A stretch of 64,000 bases of DNA from Chthoniobacterales bacterium. Lineage in GTDB: Bacteria; Verrucomicrobiota; Verrucomicrobiia; Chthoniobacterales; DASVRZ01. The position numbers were made by a program, and so were the translations under genes. This document shows positions 37,048 to 46,508 of this stretch, in pieces. How positions within the stretch are numbered: position 1 is the first letter of the stretch; every line of letters starts with the position of its first letter. A model generated the notes under the pieces. The model made no database searches and had not been told where the DNA came from. It was given only the letters and a program-made list of their open reading frames with translations. The stretch covers positions 32,080 through 96,079 of the forward strand of contig JBBRPA010000002.1 of assembly GCA_038228695.1 (NCBI GenBank). The letters run 5' to 3'.

Positions 37048-38412
37048 TTATTTTACGGTCACGCTCTGCGCGAGTCGCATCGCAGCCCGGTCGTGATCCT
37101 CAAGTAAGCGCGCCAGATCGAGGCCCGGAACTTGGCCTTCTCTCACTCGCACCTTTCCACCGATGACCAAGCAGTCCACCTGTCGCGGATGACAGAGCAC
37201 GAGGCCGTGCACGCGGTTCTCCGCGCCGGAACTCCGCAAATCGTAGGACGGGAATATGGCCAGGTCAGCGCATTTTCCTAACTCGATCGAGCCGATGTCG
37301 GGCAGACGGCCGAGGTTGCGCGCCCCGTCGAGCGTGGCCATTTCGAGCGCGGTCTCTACCGTCATGGACTCCGCTCCGTGCGCGACGCGGGTGAGCATGA
37401 GCGCTTGTCGGACTTCGCCTAACATGTGCGCGGAATCATTCGATGCGCTGCCATCCACCCCGATGCTAACCGCCGTGCCCGAGAGTCGTAGATCATTTAC
37501 CCGACAGATGCCGGAGCCTAGGCGCATGTTAGCACAGGGGCAATGCGCCACGCCCATTTGATGCGTGCCGAGATGATGCACTTCTTGGTCATTAAAGTGA
37601 ATGCCGTGCGCGATCCAGATGTTGTTAGTATCCCAACCGTTGCGGGCGAGATAGGTGAGGGGACGGCATTGGTGAAGTTGGTCAGCGCGGAGGAGTTCGC
37701 CGGCGGTCTCCCCGCAATGAATGTGCAGGCGCAAGTTTTCTGCATCGGCGATTTTTGCCGTCTCGCGCAGCAAATCGCCGGTGACCGAAAGCACTGCGCT
37801 GGGGCCTAGCGCGACCTGCCGCATCGAGTTGGGCGACGGATCGTGAAAGCGCGCCTTCATTTCTAGCGAGTCGGCGATGATTTCATCGATCGATTGCGTG
37901 GCAAATTCGGGAATGATCTCCGACGCCGTATCCATGCTGCCGCGACAGGCAGTGAAGCGGATGCCTAGCTGTTCCGCGGCCCGAAAGAGCGGTTCTAACG
38001 AGATGCCTTGGCCGCGCGGATAGACGTAATGATGATCGCTCGTGGTGGTGCATCCGCTCAGCATCAGTTCGACCATGGCGACCTGGCCCGCGAGATAGAG
38101 ATCCTCTGGCGTCATCCGCTGCCAGAGCGGCATGTGCCCCTTAATCCAGGGGTAGAGCGGAAGATTCGCGATCGGCGTGTAGGCTCGTGCGAGATTCTGA
38201 AACATGTGGTGATGCGTGTTCACCAGACCCGGCGTGGCGATCCCGCCCTTCGCGTCGATCATTTCCGCATTCTCCAGAAGCCCGGGTGGCACGAGGCCTG
38301 TGCCAACTGCGGTGATTTTCCCCTCCTCCGCGACGACATAGGCTTCGCGCAAAGTTCTCCGCGCGGCATCCATTGTTACGAGATGCCCAATGTTGGTGAC
38401 CACCAGCCTCAT
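37048..38412 (-). CDS. amidohydrolase of the guanine/8-oxoguanine/cytosine deaminase group
   Basis: Metal-binding motif GLVNTHHHMFQNL, later HCGE and the HG..F.D region. 454 aa, the typical length for this deaminase subgroup. Confidence 0.8.
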   Translation of the reverse strand: MRLVVTNIGHLVTMDAARRTLREAYVVAEEGKITAVGTGLVPPGLLENAEMIDAKGGIATPGLVNTHHHMFQNLARAYTPIANLPLYPWIKGHMPLWQRMTPEDLYLAGQVAMVELMLSGCTTTSDHHYVYPRGQGISLEPLFRAAEQLGIRFTACRGSMDTASEIIPEFATQSIDEIIADSLEMKARFHDPSPNSMRQVALGPSAVLSVTGDLLRETAKIADAENLRLHIHCGETAGELLRADQLHQCRPLTYLARNGWDTNNIWIAHGIHFNDQEVHHLGTHQMGVAHCPCANMRLGSGICRVNDLRLSGTAVSIGVDGSASNDSAHMLGEVRQALMLTRVAHGAESMTVETALEMATLDGARNLGRLPDIGSIELGKCADLAIFPSYDLRSSGAENRVHGLVLCHPRQVDCLVIGGKVRVREGQVPGLDLARLLEDHDRAAMRLAQSVTVK

Positions 38413-39398
38413 TGCGCCGAAATCGTGTCGTCCACCCCAACCGCCAGTGGCATGTAGTCGCTTGTAAAGGCCTTGTCAGCGACGTTAGCTGACTTCAGCA
38501 ATCCACAGGAAACCAACTGATCCGCCAGTGTCTGCCAGCGCTTCGGGTCGCAGTGACCGAACGATTCGCCCTTCAGCGGATCGCCTTCGAGAAAACGGCG
38601 GCGCTTGATTTCGGCGATGGCGTAGTCCAAGCCACCCGCGTCCGCCGTGGGATTGAGTTTCTGAATCTGCTCGAGCGTCGGTTTCGGGTCGCGGTAATAA
38701 TCGAGCCACCCCCGATAGGACGCTTTCGCAAATGCGCGAATCCAGTCCGAATGCATCACCAACAATTTTTTCGACGCCACCACGACGCGATAAGGATCGA
38801 AGCCGCTCTCGCTCACGAGAAGGCAGCGCGATTTGACTCCCTGGAGCGAAGCGTAATACGGCTCCGCGTGAGGAAACGCCTGCTGGATGTAATTCTCGTC
38901 CTGCACGAAATTGGCAATTGCCCCGGTGTAGGGAATCACTGTGGTGCTCTTGTATTTGTAGAAATTCTGCAAATAAACGAAAAATGTCGCTCCAGTGGTC
39001 ACCGCTACTTTTTTTCCCGAGAGATTACCCAGTGTGCGGATGGACGATTTGTCGTGCACCATGATGGCTTGGGGATCGTGTTGGTTTTGCACCATTACCG
39101 AGATCAGAGGCAGACCGCGGTCCACAGCGAGGAGGACCTTGTCGGCCGGGGCGATGGCGAGCGTGGCGGGCTCCGTGGCAACATGCATCTCGATGTTAGG
39201 ATTCGGCCCGCCCTGCACAATTTCGAGATCGATCCCTGCCTCCCGGTAGTAGCCATTTTCGAGTGCCCGGTAGTAGCCGCCGTCATCCGCTTGCGCATAC
39301 CAATGCAGGAGCAATTTCATTTTTTCCAACCCTTCCGCCCGGATTGTGGTCCAGCCAGAGAGGGCTACAAAAAGCAGACTAAAAACTGTTTTCCTCAT
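38409..39398 (-). CDS. NMT1/THI5-like periplasmic substrate-binding protein (orphan)
   Basis: Signal peptide MRKTVFSLLFVALSGWTTIRA (ATG at 39398), then an LLLHWYAQADDGGYY..GLD NMT1-like fold. Its stop overlaps the amidohydrolase start (ATGA at 38409-38412). Confidence 0.75.
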   Translation of the reverse strand: MRKTVFSLLFVALSGWTTIRAEGLEKMKLLLHWYAQADDGGYYRALENGYYREAGIDLEIVQGGPNPNIEMHVATEPATLAIAPADKVLLAVDRGLPLISVMVQNQHDPQAIMVHDKSSIRTLGNLSGKKVAVTTGATFFVYLQNFYKYKSTTVIPYTGAIANFVQDENYIQQAFPHAEPYYASLQGVKSRCLLVSESGFDPYRVVVASKKLLVMHSDWIRAFAKASYRGWLDYYRDPKPTLEQIQKLNPTADAGGLDYAIAEIKRRRFLEGDPLKGESFGHCDPKRWQTLADQLVSCGLLKSANVADKAFTSDYMPLAVGVDDTISAQ

Positions 39399-39547
39399 CC
39401 GCTTTGATTTAGCCCATCTTTTCCATGAAAAGGCCAGATGAATGGCATGGAATCGTCTTGGTAGTGAACAACGCGGCAAAAAAGGATTGCATTCACCCGA
39501 CACCCCTTTACTTTCTCGCTCCGATTTCAGAATCAAAATAACGACCT

Positions 39548-39781
39548 ATGGCAGACCTCGCTAACAAATACGACGACAACGTAACCGGTAAATTCTACGT
39601 CGATGACCAGTGCATCGATTGCGACCTTTGCCGCGAAACCGCCCCCGCGAACTTTACCCGCAACGACGACGGCGGACACTCTTACGTCCACAAACAGCCC
39701 GAGACCCCCGAGGAGGAGGCGCTCTCCAAGGAAGCCATGGAAGGCTGCCCCGTCGAAGCCATCGGAAACGACGGCGTCTAA
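39548..39781 (+). CDS. small ferredoxin (single Fe-S cluster)
   Basis: 77 aa with CIDCDLC...CP (YVDDQCIDCDLCRETAP ... EGCPVEAI). Confidence 0.85.
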   Translation: MADLANKYDDNVTGKFYVDDQCIDCDLCRETAPANFTRNDDGGHSYVHKQPETPEEEALSKEAMEGCPVEAIGNDGV

Positions 39782-39804
39782 AACATCTCGCAACATGAAC
39801 GTTG

Positions 39805-39838
39805 AAAACCCTCATTTCCTTCGGAAGTGGGGGTTTTT
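39805..39838 (+). terminator. rho-independent terminator after the ferredoxin gene
   Basis: AAAACCCTCA (39805-39814) pairs with TGGGGGTTTT (39828-39837; one G-U pair), followed by a T-run. Confidence 0.6.
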
Positions 39839-39856
39839 CGCATCTCCCTCCGGATC

Positions 39857-40216
39857 ATGACCCCCCGTTTGCGCGCCGAAATCCTGGCTGAATTTCGCGG
39901 CTACCGCGAACCCAAACCGCGCCCGGAGCGCTGCTTCGCGGTCGGCGACCTACTCGGACCCGTCCTAAAAAAACTTGGCCTTGGCGACCGTCTCGAGGAA
40001 GCCGAGATCACCCGCCTCTGGGGCGAACTCGTCGGCGACTTCCTCAGCGGCCACTCCGCGCCCGACCGCCTGCGCGAAGGCGTTCTCTACGTCCGCGTCC
40101 TCCAGCCCACGCTCCTCTACGAACTCGACCGCGTCTGGAAACCCGTCGTCCTTCGCAAACTTCAGGAGCGTTACGGCCCGAAAAAAATCAAAGATATTCG
40201 CTTCCGGGCGGGTTGA
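39857..40216 (+). CDS. DUF721 (DciA-like) protein
   Basis: RLWGELVG...HSAPDRLREGVLYVRV..PTLLYEL matches the DUF721 pattern as I recall it. The ATG at 39857 is used because the start at 39827 lies inside the terminator stem. Confidence 0.7.
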   Translation: MTPRLRAEILAEFRGYREPKPRPERCFAVGDLLGPVLKKLGLGDRLEEAEITRLWGELVGDFLSGHSAPDRLREGVLYVRVLQPTLLYELDRVWKPVVLRKLQERYGPKKIKDIRFRAG

Positions 40217-40311
40217 CGCCCTCAATCGCAGGATCGGATTACTCTTGTTCCCGCGTGCCTAAGTTGAACTCCCTCCCCCTCGTTCCCAAGTTGGCCCTTC
40301 GAACGCACTTG

Positions 40312-41784
40312 ATGAGAAAAACACTCGTATCACTGCTCGCGCTCGCTCTTTTCCTCACCAATACCAGTGCCGCGATCTATCACTTGGATTCAGCGAACGG
40401 AGACGATGCTGCAAACGGACTCGACCCGGCGCACGCCTGGCGCAGTCTAGAGAAAGCGAACACCACCGAACTGAAATCTGGAGACCAGTTGGTCTTCAAG
40501 GCCGGCGGCCGCTGGTCAGGACAGTTCAAACCCAAAGGTGGCGGAAACATCAACGCACCGGTGCAAATCGGGCGCTATGGAGACGGATCACTCCCCCGCA
40601 TCGATGGTGAAGGCAAGGCGTCCGACACGATCCTTCTGCAAAATATGTCGTTCGTTGAAATGGCCGATTTGGAAGTGACGAACCTCGGCCCGAAGACGGC
40701 GCCATCGCGCACCGGAGTTAGGATTCTCAACGATGGATTCGGCAAGATGGAAGGGGTCACTCTTCGTCGCCTCTTTGTTCATGACGTGAACGGCGACCTG
40801 CGGAAGAGCCACGAAGGCTGCGGGATTTTTTTCGAGGCAACAGGTGCTAACAATTCACACTTCGACGGCCTCCTCATCGAGCAATGCCGAGTCGAACGAA
40901 CGGATCGGAACGGCATCTGTCAGAGAGGAAGTGGCGAACTCCGCAGCCTCCACGTCGTCATTCGCGGGAATACTCTGAAGGACATCGGCGGCGACGGCAT
41001 TAAACTTTGGGGTAGCAACGGCGGGATCATCGAAAAAAATGTGCTTAGAAAAACCCGTGCTCGCTGCGCCAAGAACGAACCGGCTGCCGGTATCTGGCCT
41101 TTCCAATGCGATGATACAATCATTCAGTTTAACGAGGTTTCCGGCACCATCGGGATCAATGACGGACAGGCCTACGATGCCGACTACTGGTGCCATCGCA
41201 CGGTTTTCCAATACAACTACAGCTTCCAAAACGAAGGCGGCTTTATGCTGATTTGCGCCCCCGGCAATGCCGTCAACGAGGATACGATCATTCGCTACAA
41301 TATCAGTATTCATGACGGTATTAACTTGGCCCGGGTGATCCAATTCGCAGGCGGAGCGGCGCGGACTCATATCTACAACAACACGATCGTCCTTTCCGCG
41401 AGTCAGAATCTGCCCATGCTGCTTTTCAACGAATGGAACAAAGGCACGGCGAAAGACACCTGTTTCTCCAATAATCTCTTCATCGTCGAAGAAGGAGGAC
41501 GTGCGACCTATCAATTGAGTCCGAGCCAGGGCAACGTTTTTGAAAACAACCTGTTTTGCGGCCACCATGACGGATTGCCCACCGGTGTTCTCCTCTCACC
41601 AACTCCAAAATTGGTCGGCCCGGTGAAACCGACACCCGGGGTTGCTTCACTCCAAGGATGCCGCCCGGCAAACGCCGCTCACTTCCCACGCGGGGCTGTC
41701 ATTAAGAACAACGGCGGTCGCGACTTTTTCGGAAAGCCAATCCCCGCAAACCAGCCGCCCGCGATTGGGGCCAGCGAACCCTAA
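40312..41784 (+). CDS. secreted right-handed beta-helix (pectate-lyase-fold) protein
   Basis: Sec signal MRKTLVSLLALALFLTNTSA. The N-terminal YHLDSANGDDAANGLDPAHAWRSL...GDQLVFKAGGRW is typical of beta-helix proteins, and the body has a repetitive Gly/Asn/Ile-rich turn pattern. Confidence 0.65.
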   Translation: MRKTLVSLLALALFLTNTSAAIYHLDSANGDDAANGLDPAHAWRSLEKANTTELKSGDQLVFKAGGRWSGQFKPKGGGNINAPVQIGRYGDGSLPRIDGEGKASDTILLQNMSFVEMADLEVTNLGPKTAPSRTGVRILNDGFGKMEGVTLRRLFVHDVNGDLRKSHEGCGIFFEATGANNSHFDGLLIEQCRVERTDRNGICQRGSGELRSLHVVIRGNTLKDIGGDGIKLWGSNGGIIEKNVLRKTRARCAKNEPAAGIWPFQCDDTIIQFNEVSGTIGINDGQAYDADYWCHRTVFQYNYSFQNEGGFMLICAPGNAVNEDTIIRYNISIHDGINLARVIQFAGGAARTHIYNNTIVLSASQNLPMLLFNEWNKGTAKDTCFSNNLFIVEEGGRATYQLSPSQGNVFENNLFCGHHDGLPTGVLLSPTPKLVGPVKPTPGVASLQGCRPANAAHFPRGAVIKNNGGRDFFGKPIPANQPPAIGASEP

Positions 41785-41862
41785 TCGTTCGCGAAGTGAC
41801 TTAAATCGCGGCGCAACGGCGTCGGGTCTTGAGGTTCGTGCGATTGCTGAGAAGATGCGGGC

Positions 41863-42825
41863 ATGATTCGAAATGTGATTCTGGATTGGTCGGGGACGGT
41901 GGTGGATGATTTGCGCCCGGTGGTGCAGACGACGAACGCGGTCTTTGAGGAGTTTGCGCTGCCGTTGATTTCGCTGGAGGAATTTCGGGCGGAGTTTTGT
42001 CTGCCGATGACGCCGTTTTACGAGCGACGCATGTCAGCGTATTCGATGGAGGTAATCGACGAGGCGTATCACCGTCATTTTCCGAAATTTGCCGAGGCGG
42101 TGGAGCCGCTGCCGAATTCGCGGGCGTTTCTGGAGTTTTGCCGGCGGACCGGGCGACGGTTGTTTGTTCTGAGCACAATTACACCGTCGCATTTTGCGCA
42201 TCAGGCAGGAAAATTTGGCTTCACGGATTTTTTCGAGCACGCCTACACTGGCATCGTCGATAAGCGGGAAAAAATCGGGGAGATCCTGCGCGATCACGGG
42301 TTGCTAGCGCACGAGACGCTCTTCGCCGGGGATATGGTGCATGATGTGGCTACGGCGCATCATGCCGGAGTGTTAGCGGTGGCGTTGCTGAGCGGGTTCG
42401 ATGATCAGGCGAAGTTGTCCGCCGCAGGACCGGATGTGATCGTCCGCGACTTGGGTGATCTGCAGTTACTGATGGAAACGATCACGGGTCGGGGATTGAT
42501 TCGAGTGGACGGTCTGGAAATCGACGCGCATGTGGGAGTGCCGGATGAAGAGATCGCCAACGCGCAACGGCTTCTGCTGGATCTGGAGATCGAGCCGGTA
42601 CTAGCATTCCCCGAGATGGCTGAGAATGTGGACCGGACGGTCGATTATTTTGAGGTCTGCGAGGCGGTCCGGGCGTTTGCGGCCGCTGGCAAGTGGCGGC
42701 TGATCGAGTCGCTCGCTGCGGATGTTAGGAAACTGATTCTCGGCCGATCCAACGTGGCTGCGGCGCGAGTGAAAGTGAGGAAATTCATCCTGCCTTACGC
42801 TGAGCAGGTGAGCGTGGAAGTGTGA
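41863..42825 (+). CDS. fusion protein: HAD-superfamily phosphatase + dihydroneopterin aldolase (FolB) domain
   Basis: HAD motif I ILDWSGTVVDD, motif III/IV region FAGDMVHDV. The C-terminal ~115 aa (IRVDGLEIDAHVGVPDEEIANAQRLLLDLEIE...DRTVDYFEVCEAV...LIESLAADV...VKVRK) read as FolB. Confidence 0.75.
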   Translation: MIRNVILDWSGTVVDDLRPVVQTTNAVFEEFALPLISLEEFRAEFCLPMTPFYERRMSAYSMEVIDEAYHRHFPKFAEAVEPLPNSRAFLEFCRRTGRRLFVLSTITPSHFAHQAGKFGFTDFFEHAYTGIVDKREKIGEILRDHGLLAHETLFAGDMVHDVATAHHAGVLAVALLSGFDDQAKLSAAGPDVIVRDLGDLQLLMETITGRGLIRVDGLEIDAHVGVPDEEIANAQRLLLDLEIEPVLAFPEMAENVDRTVDYFEVCEAVRAFAAAGKWRLIESLAADVRKLILGRSNVAAARVKVRKFILPYAEQVSVEV

Positions 42826-42861
42826 CGGGACGAACACGCGTCTCGAGTGTTCGTCCCGTGG

Positions 42862-43821
42862 TTAGACCTCGGTAGGAACGTCGGCAAAGGGCTGTTGCGG
42901 GACGAGGTCGAGTTTGGCTAACAAATCGAGGTCGGCGTCGGTGCCGGGGTTATCGGCGGTGAGGAGTTTGTCGCCATAGAAAATAGAGTTGGCTCCGGCG
43001 AAGAAGCAGAGGGCTTGGCCTTCGGGGGTCATGCGGGTGCGGCCCGCGCTGAGGCGGACTTTGGCCTTCGGGACGGCGATACGGGTGACGGCGATGAGGC
43101 GGACTAACTCGAAGATATCGACGGGTTGTTGTTTTTCCAACGGGGTGCCGGGCATGGCCATGAGGCAATTGATCGGAACGCTTTCTGGAGGCGGATTGAA
43201 ACTGCAAAGCGTCTCGAGCATTTTCAGCCGGTCGGTGATGGTTTCGCCGAGGCCGATGATGCCGCCGCAACAGACGGCCATGCCGGTTTTTTGCACGCTG
43301 CCGATCGTGTTCAGCCGATCCTCGAAAGTGTGGGTGGTGACGATTTCCGGATAGAAATCGGCCGAGGTGTCGATGTTATGGTTGTAGGCGGTGACACCGG
43401 CTTCCTTGAGGCGTTCGGCTTCGCGGTCGGTGAGGTTGCCGAGGGTGACGCAGACTTCCATGCCGAGTTTGCTAACCTCGCGGATGGATTCGAGGACTTG
43501 CTCAAATTTTTTATCGCCGTCGCGAACGCCTTTCCAGGCCGCGCCCATACAGAAACGGGTCGAGCCGTTTTCCTTCGCCTGCCGCGCGATGGGGAGAATC
43601 TGCTCGGTGGTCATGAGTTTTTCCGCCTCGACGCCGGTGGAGTAGCGGGCGCTTTGGGCGCAGTAACCGCAATCCTCAGAGCAGCCGCCCGTTTTGATGG
43701 AAAGCAGGGTGCAGAGCTGAACTTCGTCACCAGTCCAGTGTTCGAGAAACACGTCGCGACTCTGGGAAATGAGTTTAAAAAACGGCTGATGATAGAGGCG
43801 TTCGAGGTCAGCGAGTTTCAT
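42862..43821 (-). CDS. bioB: biotin synthase
   Basis: Radical-SAM motif CSEDCGYCAQS, plus NHNIDT and the CCGGIIGLGE region. ATG at 43821. Confidence 0.95.
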   Translation of the reverse strand: MKLADLERLYHQPFFKLISQSRDVFLEHWTGDEVQLCTLLSIKTGGCSEDCGYCAQSARYSTGVEAEKLMTTEQILPIARQAKENGSTRFCMGAAWKGVRDGDKKFEQVLESIREVSKLGMEVCVTLGNLTDREAERLKEAGVTAYNHNIDTSADFYPEIVTTHTFEDRLNTIGSVQKTGMAVCCGGIIGLGETITDRLKMLETLCSFNPPPESVPINCLMAMPGTPLEKQQPVDIFELVRLIAVTRIAVPKAKVRLSAGRTRMTPEGQALCFFAGANSIFYGDKLLTADNPGTDADLDLLAKLDLVPQQPFADVPTEV

Positions 43822-43881
43822 GTTTGGTAAAAGGTGAAAACTAATTTTATTCCGAAATCCACATTCCGCATTCCGCAATCG

Positions 43882-44586
43882 TTATTGTCCCACCCAGTTG
43901 CCGCCGGGGGTGGAAATGATGGGGAGGGTTTCGGTCATGTATTGGGTTTTGCCGTTGGCCCCGATCATTTTGACGCCGGTGGCCGATTTAAATTTTTGCG
44001 ACATGCTCTCACCCGTGTGGCAGCCCCAGCTTTTGGCGTAGGCGCCGTTGGCGAAGATGCCGCGTCGCAGTTTGGTCAGGTCGGTTTCGTGCAACCAGAC
44101 TTTCGAGGCGCTGTCGATTTCGTTGCTGTAATCGAAGAGGAAACAGGCCTTGTTCGAGTGCCCGAAATACTCGAAGCCGGCGATTTTTTGGGTGCGGCTG
44201 TTCAGGTAGCTAATGAGTTCGGACTGGCTGTGGAAATAGACGAGATTCACTCCGAAGGCCTCGGGGATCGAGCGGATGATGCCAAAGAGGTCGCCTTCGG
44301 ATTGGATGGCCTGACGACGTTTGTAGGCGGGTTCGTAAACCAGCCAAGTGATGGGTAGGTTTGGGCCGAACTGGGTGCGCAACTCCTCCATGCGGATGCG
44401 CGAGGCGCGGATGAAATTCAGCCACCAATTATCGTGCGGTGCCTGCTTGTATTTTTCCCACATCATGAGCGAGACGCCACCGGTCACAATGACGTATTCG
44501 CCCTCAGGTAGTTTGGTCTGGGCTTGCACCGCTTGGCGGGAGGCCGCAAACAGCGAAAGCAGGAGGACGACGAGAACGGGACGCAT
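43882..44586 (-). CDS. secreted protein of unknown function
   Basis: Signal MRPVLVVLLLSLFAASRQAVQA (ATG at 44586). It contains the segments GHSNKACFLFDYS and SWGCHTGES. No family recognised. Confidence 0.6.
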   Translation of the reverse strand: MRPVLVVLLLSLFAASRQAVQAQTKLPEGEYVIVTGGVSLMMWEKYKQAPHDNWWLNFIRASRIRMEELRTQFGPNLPITWLVYEPAYKRRQAIQSEGDLFGIIRSIPEAFGVNLVYFHSQSELISYLNSRTQKIAGFEYFGHSNKACFLFDYSNEIDSASKVWLHETDLTKLRRGIFANGAYAKSWGCHTGESMSQKFKSATGVKMIGANGKTQYMTETLPIISTPGGNWVGQ

Positions 44587-44641
44587 TCCCCCGGAAGCTA
44601 CAGACAATGTGCGCACTCTGAAAAGCGGAAAACGGCGGCGC

Positions 44642-44812
44642 CTACAAACTGGTCGTGGAGCGGTCGCTATTGCGGTCGGGCACAATGCTCTTCACCTTGA
44701 AGTGCTGCTCCTGTTCTTCCTCGACCTCATCCTCGACTGCAAGCTCATCCCGCAATTCTGCGAGTAGTTCTTCGTTCTTTGCTTCCCGATCTGGTTCGAT
44801 TTCGTCGCTCAT
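44642..44812 (-). CDS. possible 56-aa highly acidic small protein
   Basis: [38 protein letters not shown]... from the ATG at 44812. It lies in the 326-nt gap upstream of the secreted-protein gene. Low complexity; it could be non-coding. Confidence 0.25.
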   Translation of the reverse strand: MSDEIEPDREAKNEELLAELRDELAVEDEVEEEQEQHFKVKSIVPDRNSDRSTTSL

Positions 44813-44912
44813 GCTAGTAGTCGTCGTTCGGTTTGCGACTTCCATCAATAAAAAAGTTTTCGTATTCGAGTTTGACGTGCGGCCCATCTGTCGATTGATT
44901 CGCGCACCGATT

Positions 44913-46145
44913 ATGGCTTTTCTTAACGACAACTATCTCAAACTGCGGGCCGGCTACTTGTTCCCGGAAATTTCCCGCCGCGTCACCTCCTTCTGCCAGG
45001 TAAATCCGGAGGCCGCCGCGCGCCTCATTCGTTGTGGCATTGGCGACGTCACGGAACCGCTTCCGCTCGCGGTGCGCGAGGCGATGCACCGGGCGGTCGA
45101 TGAACTAGGCGAGCGGTCAACCTTCCGTGGCTACGGTCCGGAACAGGGCTATGATTTTCTCCGGAAAGCCATCGCGGAGAACGACTTCCGATCGAAGGGA
45201 CTGGATGTGGCCGACGACGAGATTTTCGTCAGCGACGGATCGAAATGCGATTGCGGAAACATTCTCGACATCCTCGGCGCGCAGAATCGCATTGCGATCA
45301 CCGACCCGGTTTATCCGGTCTATGTGGACACCAACGTGATGGCCGGGCACACCGGAAACGCCGACGAAACGGGAGCCTATGCTGGCTTGCACTATCTGAA
45401 ATGCACGGCCGAGAACGGCTTCGTTCCTGCTCCGCCCGACGTTCCGGTGGATGTGGTTTATCTGTGTTTTCCGAACAACCCAACGGGCGCGGTGGCCACG
45501 CGGGCGCAGTTGGAGGCTTGGGTCGCCTACGCCCGCGCTCACCAGACGCTCCTGCTTTTCGACGCGGCTTACGAGGCTTACATCTCGGATCCGGCAATTC
45601 CGCATTCAATCTACGAAATTCCCGGGGCGCGTGAATGCGCGATCGAGTTTCGCAGTTTTTCCAAAAACGGCGGATTCACCGGCACGCGCTGCGCCTTTAC
45701 GGTGGTTCCGAAATCACTCCTAGCGAGCACGGTCTCCGGCGAACGCTTGCCGTTGCATCCGCTTTGGTCGCGTCGCTCCAGCACGAAATTCAATGGCGTG
45801 AGCTACCCGGTGCAGCGCGGAGCCGAAGCGCTCTACTCCAAGGCGGGCAAAACGCAGGTCACCGAATTGATCGCTCATTACATGGGCAACGCGCGCATTT
45901 TGTGCGAGGCAGCGCGTCAGGCTGGCATGACCGTCCACGGCGGAGTCAACGCGCCCTACATTTGGGTGCAGACCACCGGCGGCCGCAGCTCGTGGGAGAC
46001 CTTCGATTTTTTCCTAGAAAAACTCAACGTCGTGATCACCCCCGGAGCTGGCTTTGGCAGCAATGGAGAGGGCTACTTTCGCATCAGCGCTTTCAACAGT
46101 CGCGCCAACGCCGAGGAAGTTGCCCGGCGGATTCTCGCGTCCTAA
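44913..46145 (+). CDS. dapL: LL-diaminopimelate aminotransferase
   Basis: N-terminus [21 protein letters not shown]-lysine region [13 protein letters not shown], and 410 aa from the ATG at 44913. Confidence 0.9.
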   Translation: MAFLNDNYLKLRAGYLFPEISRRVTSFCQVNPEAAARLIRCGIGDVTEPLPLAVREAMHRAVDELGERSTFRGYGPEQGYDFLRKAIAENDFRSKGLDVADDEIFVSDGSKCDCGNILDILGAQNRIAITDPVYPVYVDTNVMAGHTGNADETGAYAGLHYLKCTAENGFVPAPPDVPVDVVYLCFPNNPTGAVATRAQLEAWVAYARAHQTLLLFDAAYEAYISDPAIPHSIYEIPGARECAIEFRSFSKNGGFTGTRCAFTVVPKSLLASTVSGERLPLHPLWSRRSSTKFNGVSYPVQRGAEALYSKAGKTQVTELIAHYMGNARILCEAARQAGMTVHGGVNAPYIWVQTTGGRSSWETFDFFLEKLNVVITPGAGFGSNGEGYFRISAFNSRANAEEVARRILAS

Positions 46146-46188
46146 AGTCCGCCCGCTGGCTTGCCTTCGCGACCGATTTCGGCGAACT

Positions 46189-46497
46189 ATGGGACTTTCC
46201 ATGCGATTTCTCATTCAAGTCTGCCTCGGAATCATTCGCGACTCCACCCAGCGGCGGCACGTCCTTTCCGTCGTCGTGGTGGCGGCTTTGGTCATGCTCT
46301 TTGCCGGGTCCACTTTTCTTGCGCCTTGGTTGATGCGCCATCTAGCCGTGTTTTTCGTTTTCTGGTTTGCCTGCGCGTGGCTGACGATTCTGATTTTTCT
46401 TCTCGCCGCCTATGATTTGATTGCCGTTCGTCAGGCCGGTCGGAAGGAGCAGGATCATCTGAGAAAACAGATTTTCCCGGCGGGCGAAGACGAGTAA
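46189..46497 (+). CDS. small membrane protein, unknown function
   Basis: 102 aa from the ATG at 46189, with two clear hydrophobic helices. Confidence 0.5.
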   Translation: MGLSMRFLIQVCLGIIRDSTQRRHVLSVVVVAALVMLFAGSTFLAPWLMRHLAVFFVFWFACAWLTILIFLLAAYDLIAVRQAGRKEQDHLRKQIFPAGEDE

Positions 46498-46508
46498 GTT
46501 ATTTTCCC

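Noticed and set aside
43849-43879. Short direct repeats ATTCCG(A/C) x4 just upstream of bioB, which produce the odd RNAECGFRN peptide at the 5' end of the long ORF.
   Set aside because: The tract is only about 30 nt and has no dyad symmetry like a BirA operator. It is probably simple-sequence or promoter-region noise. It is noted only because it misleads start-codon choice.
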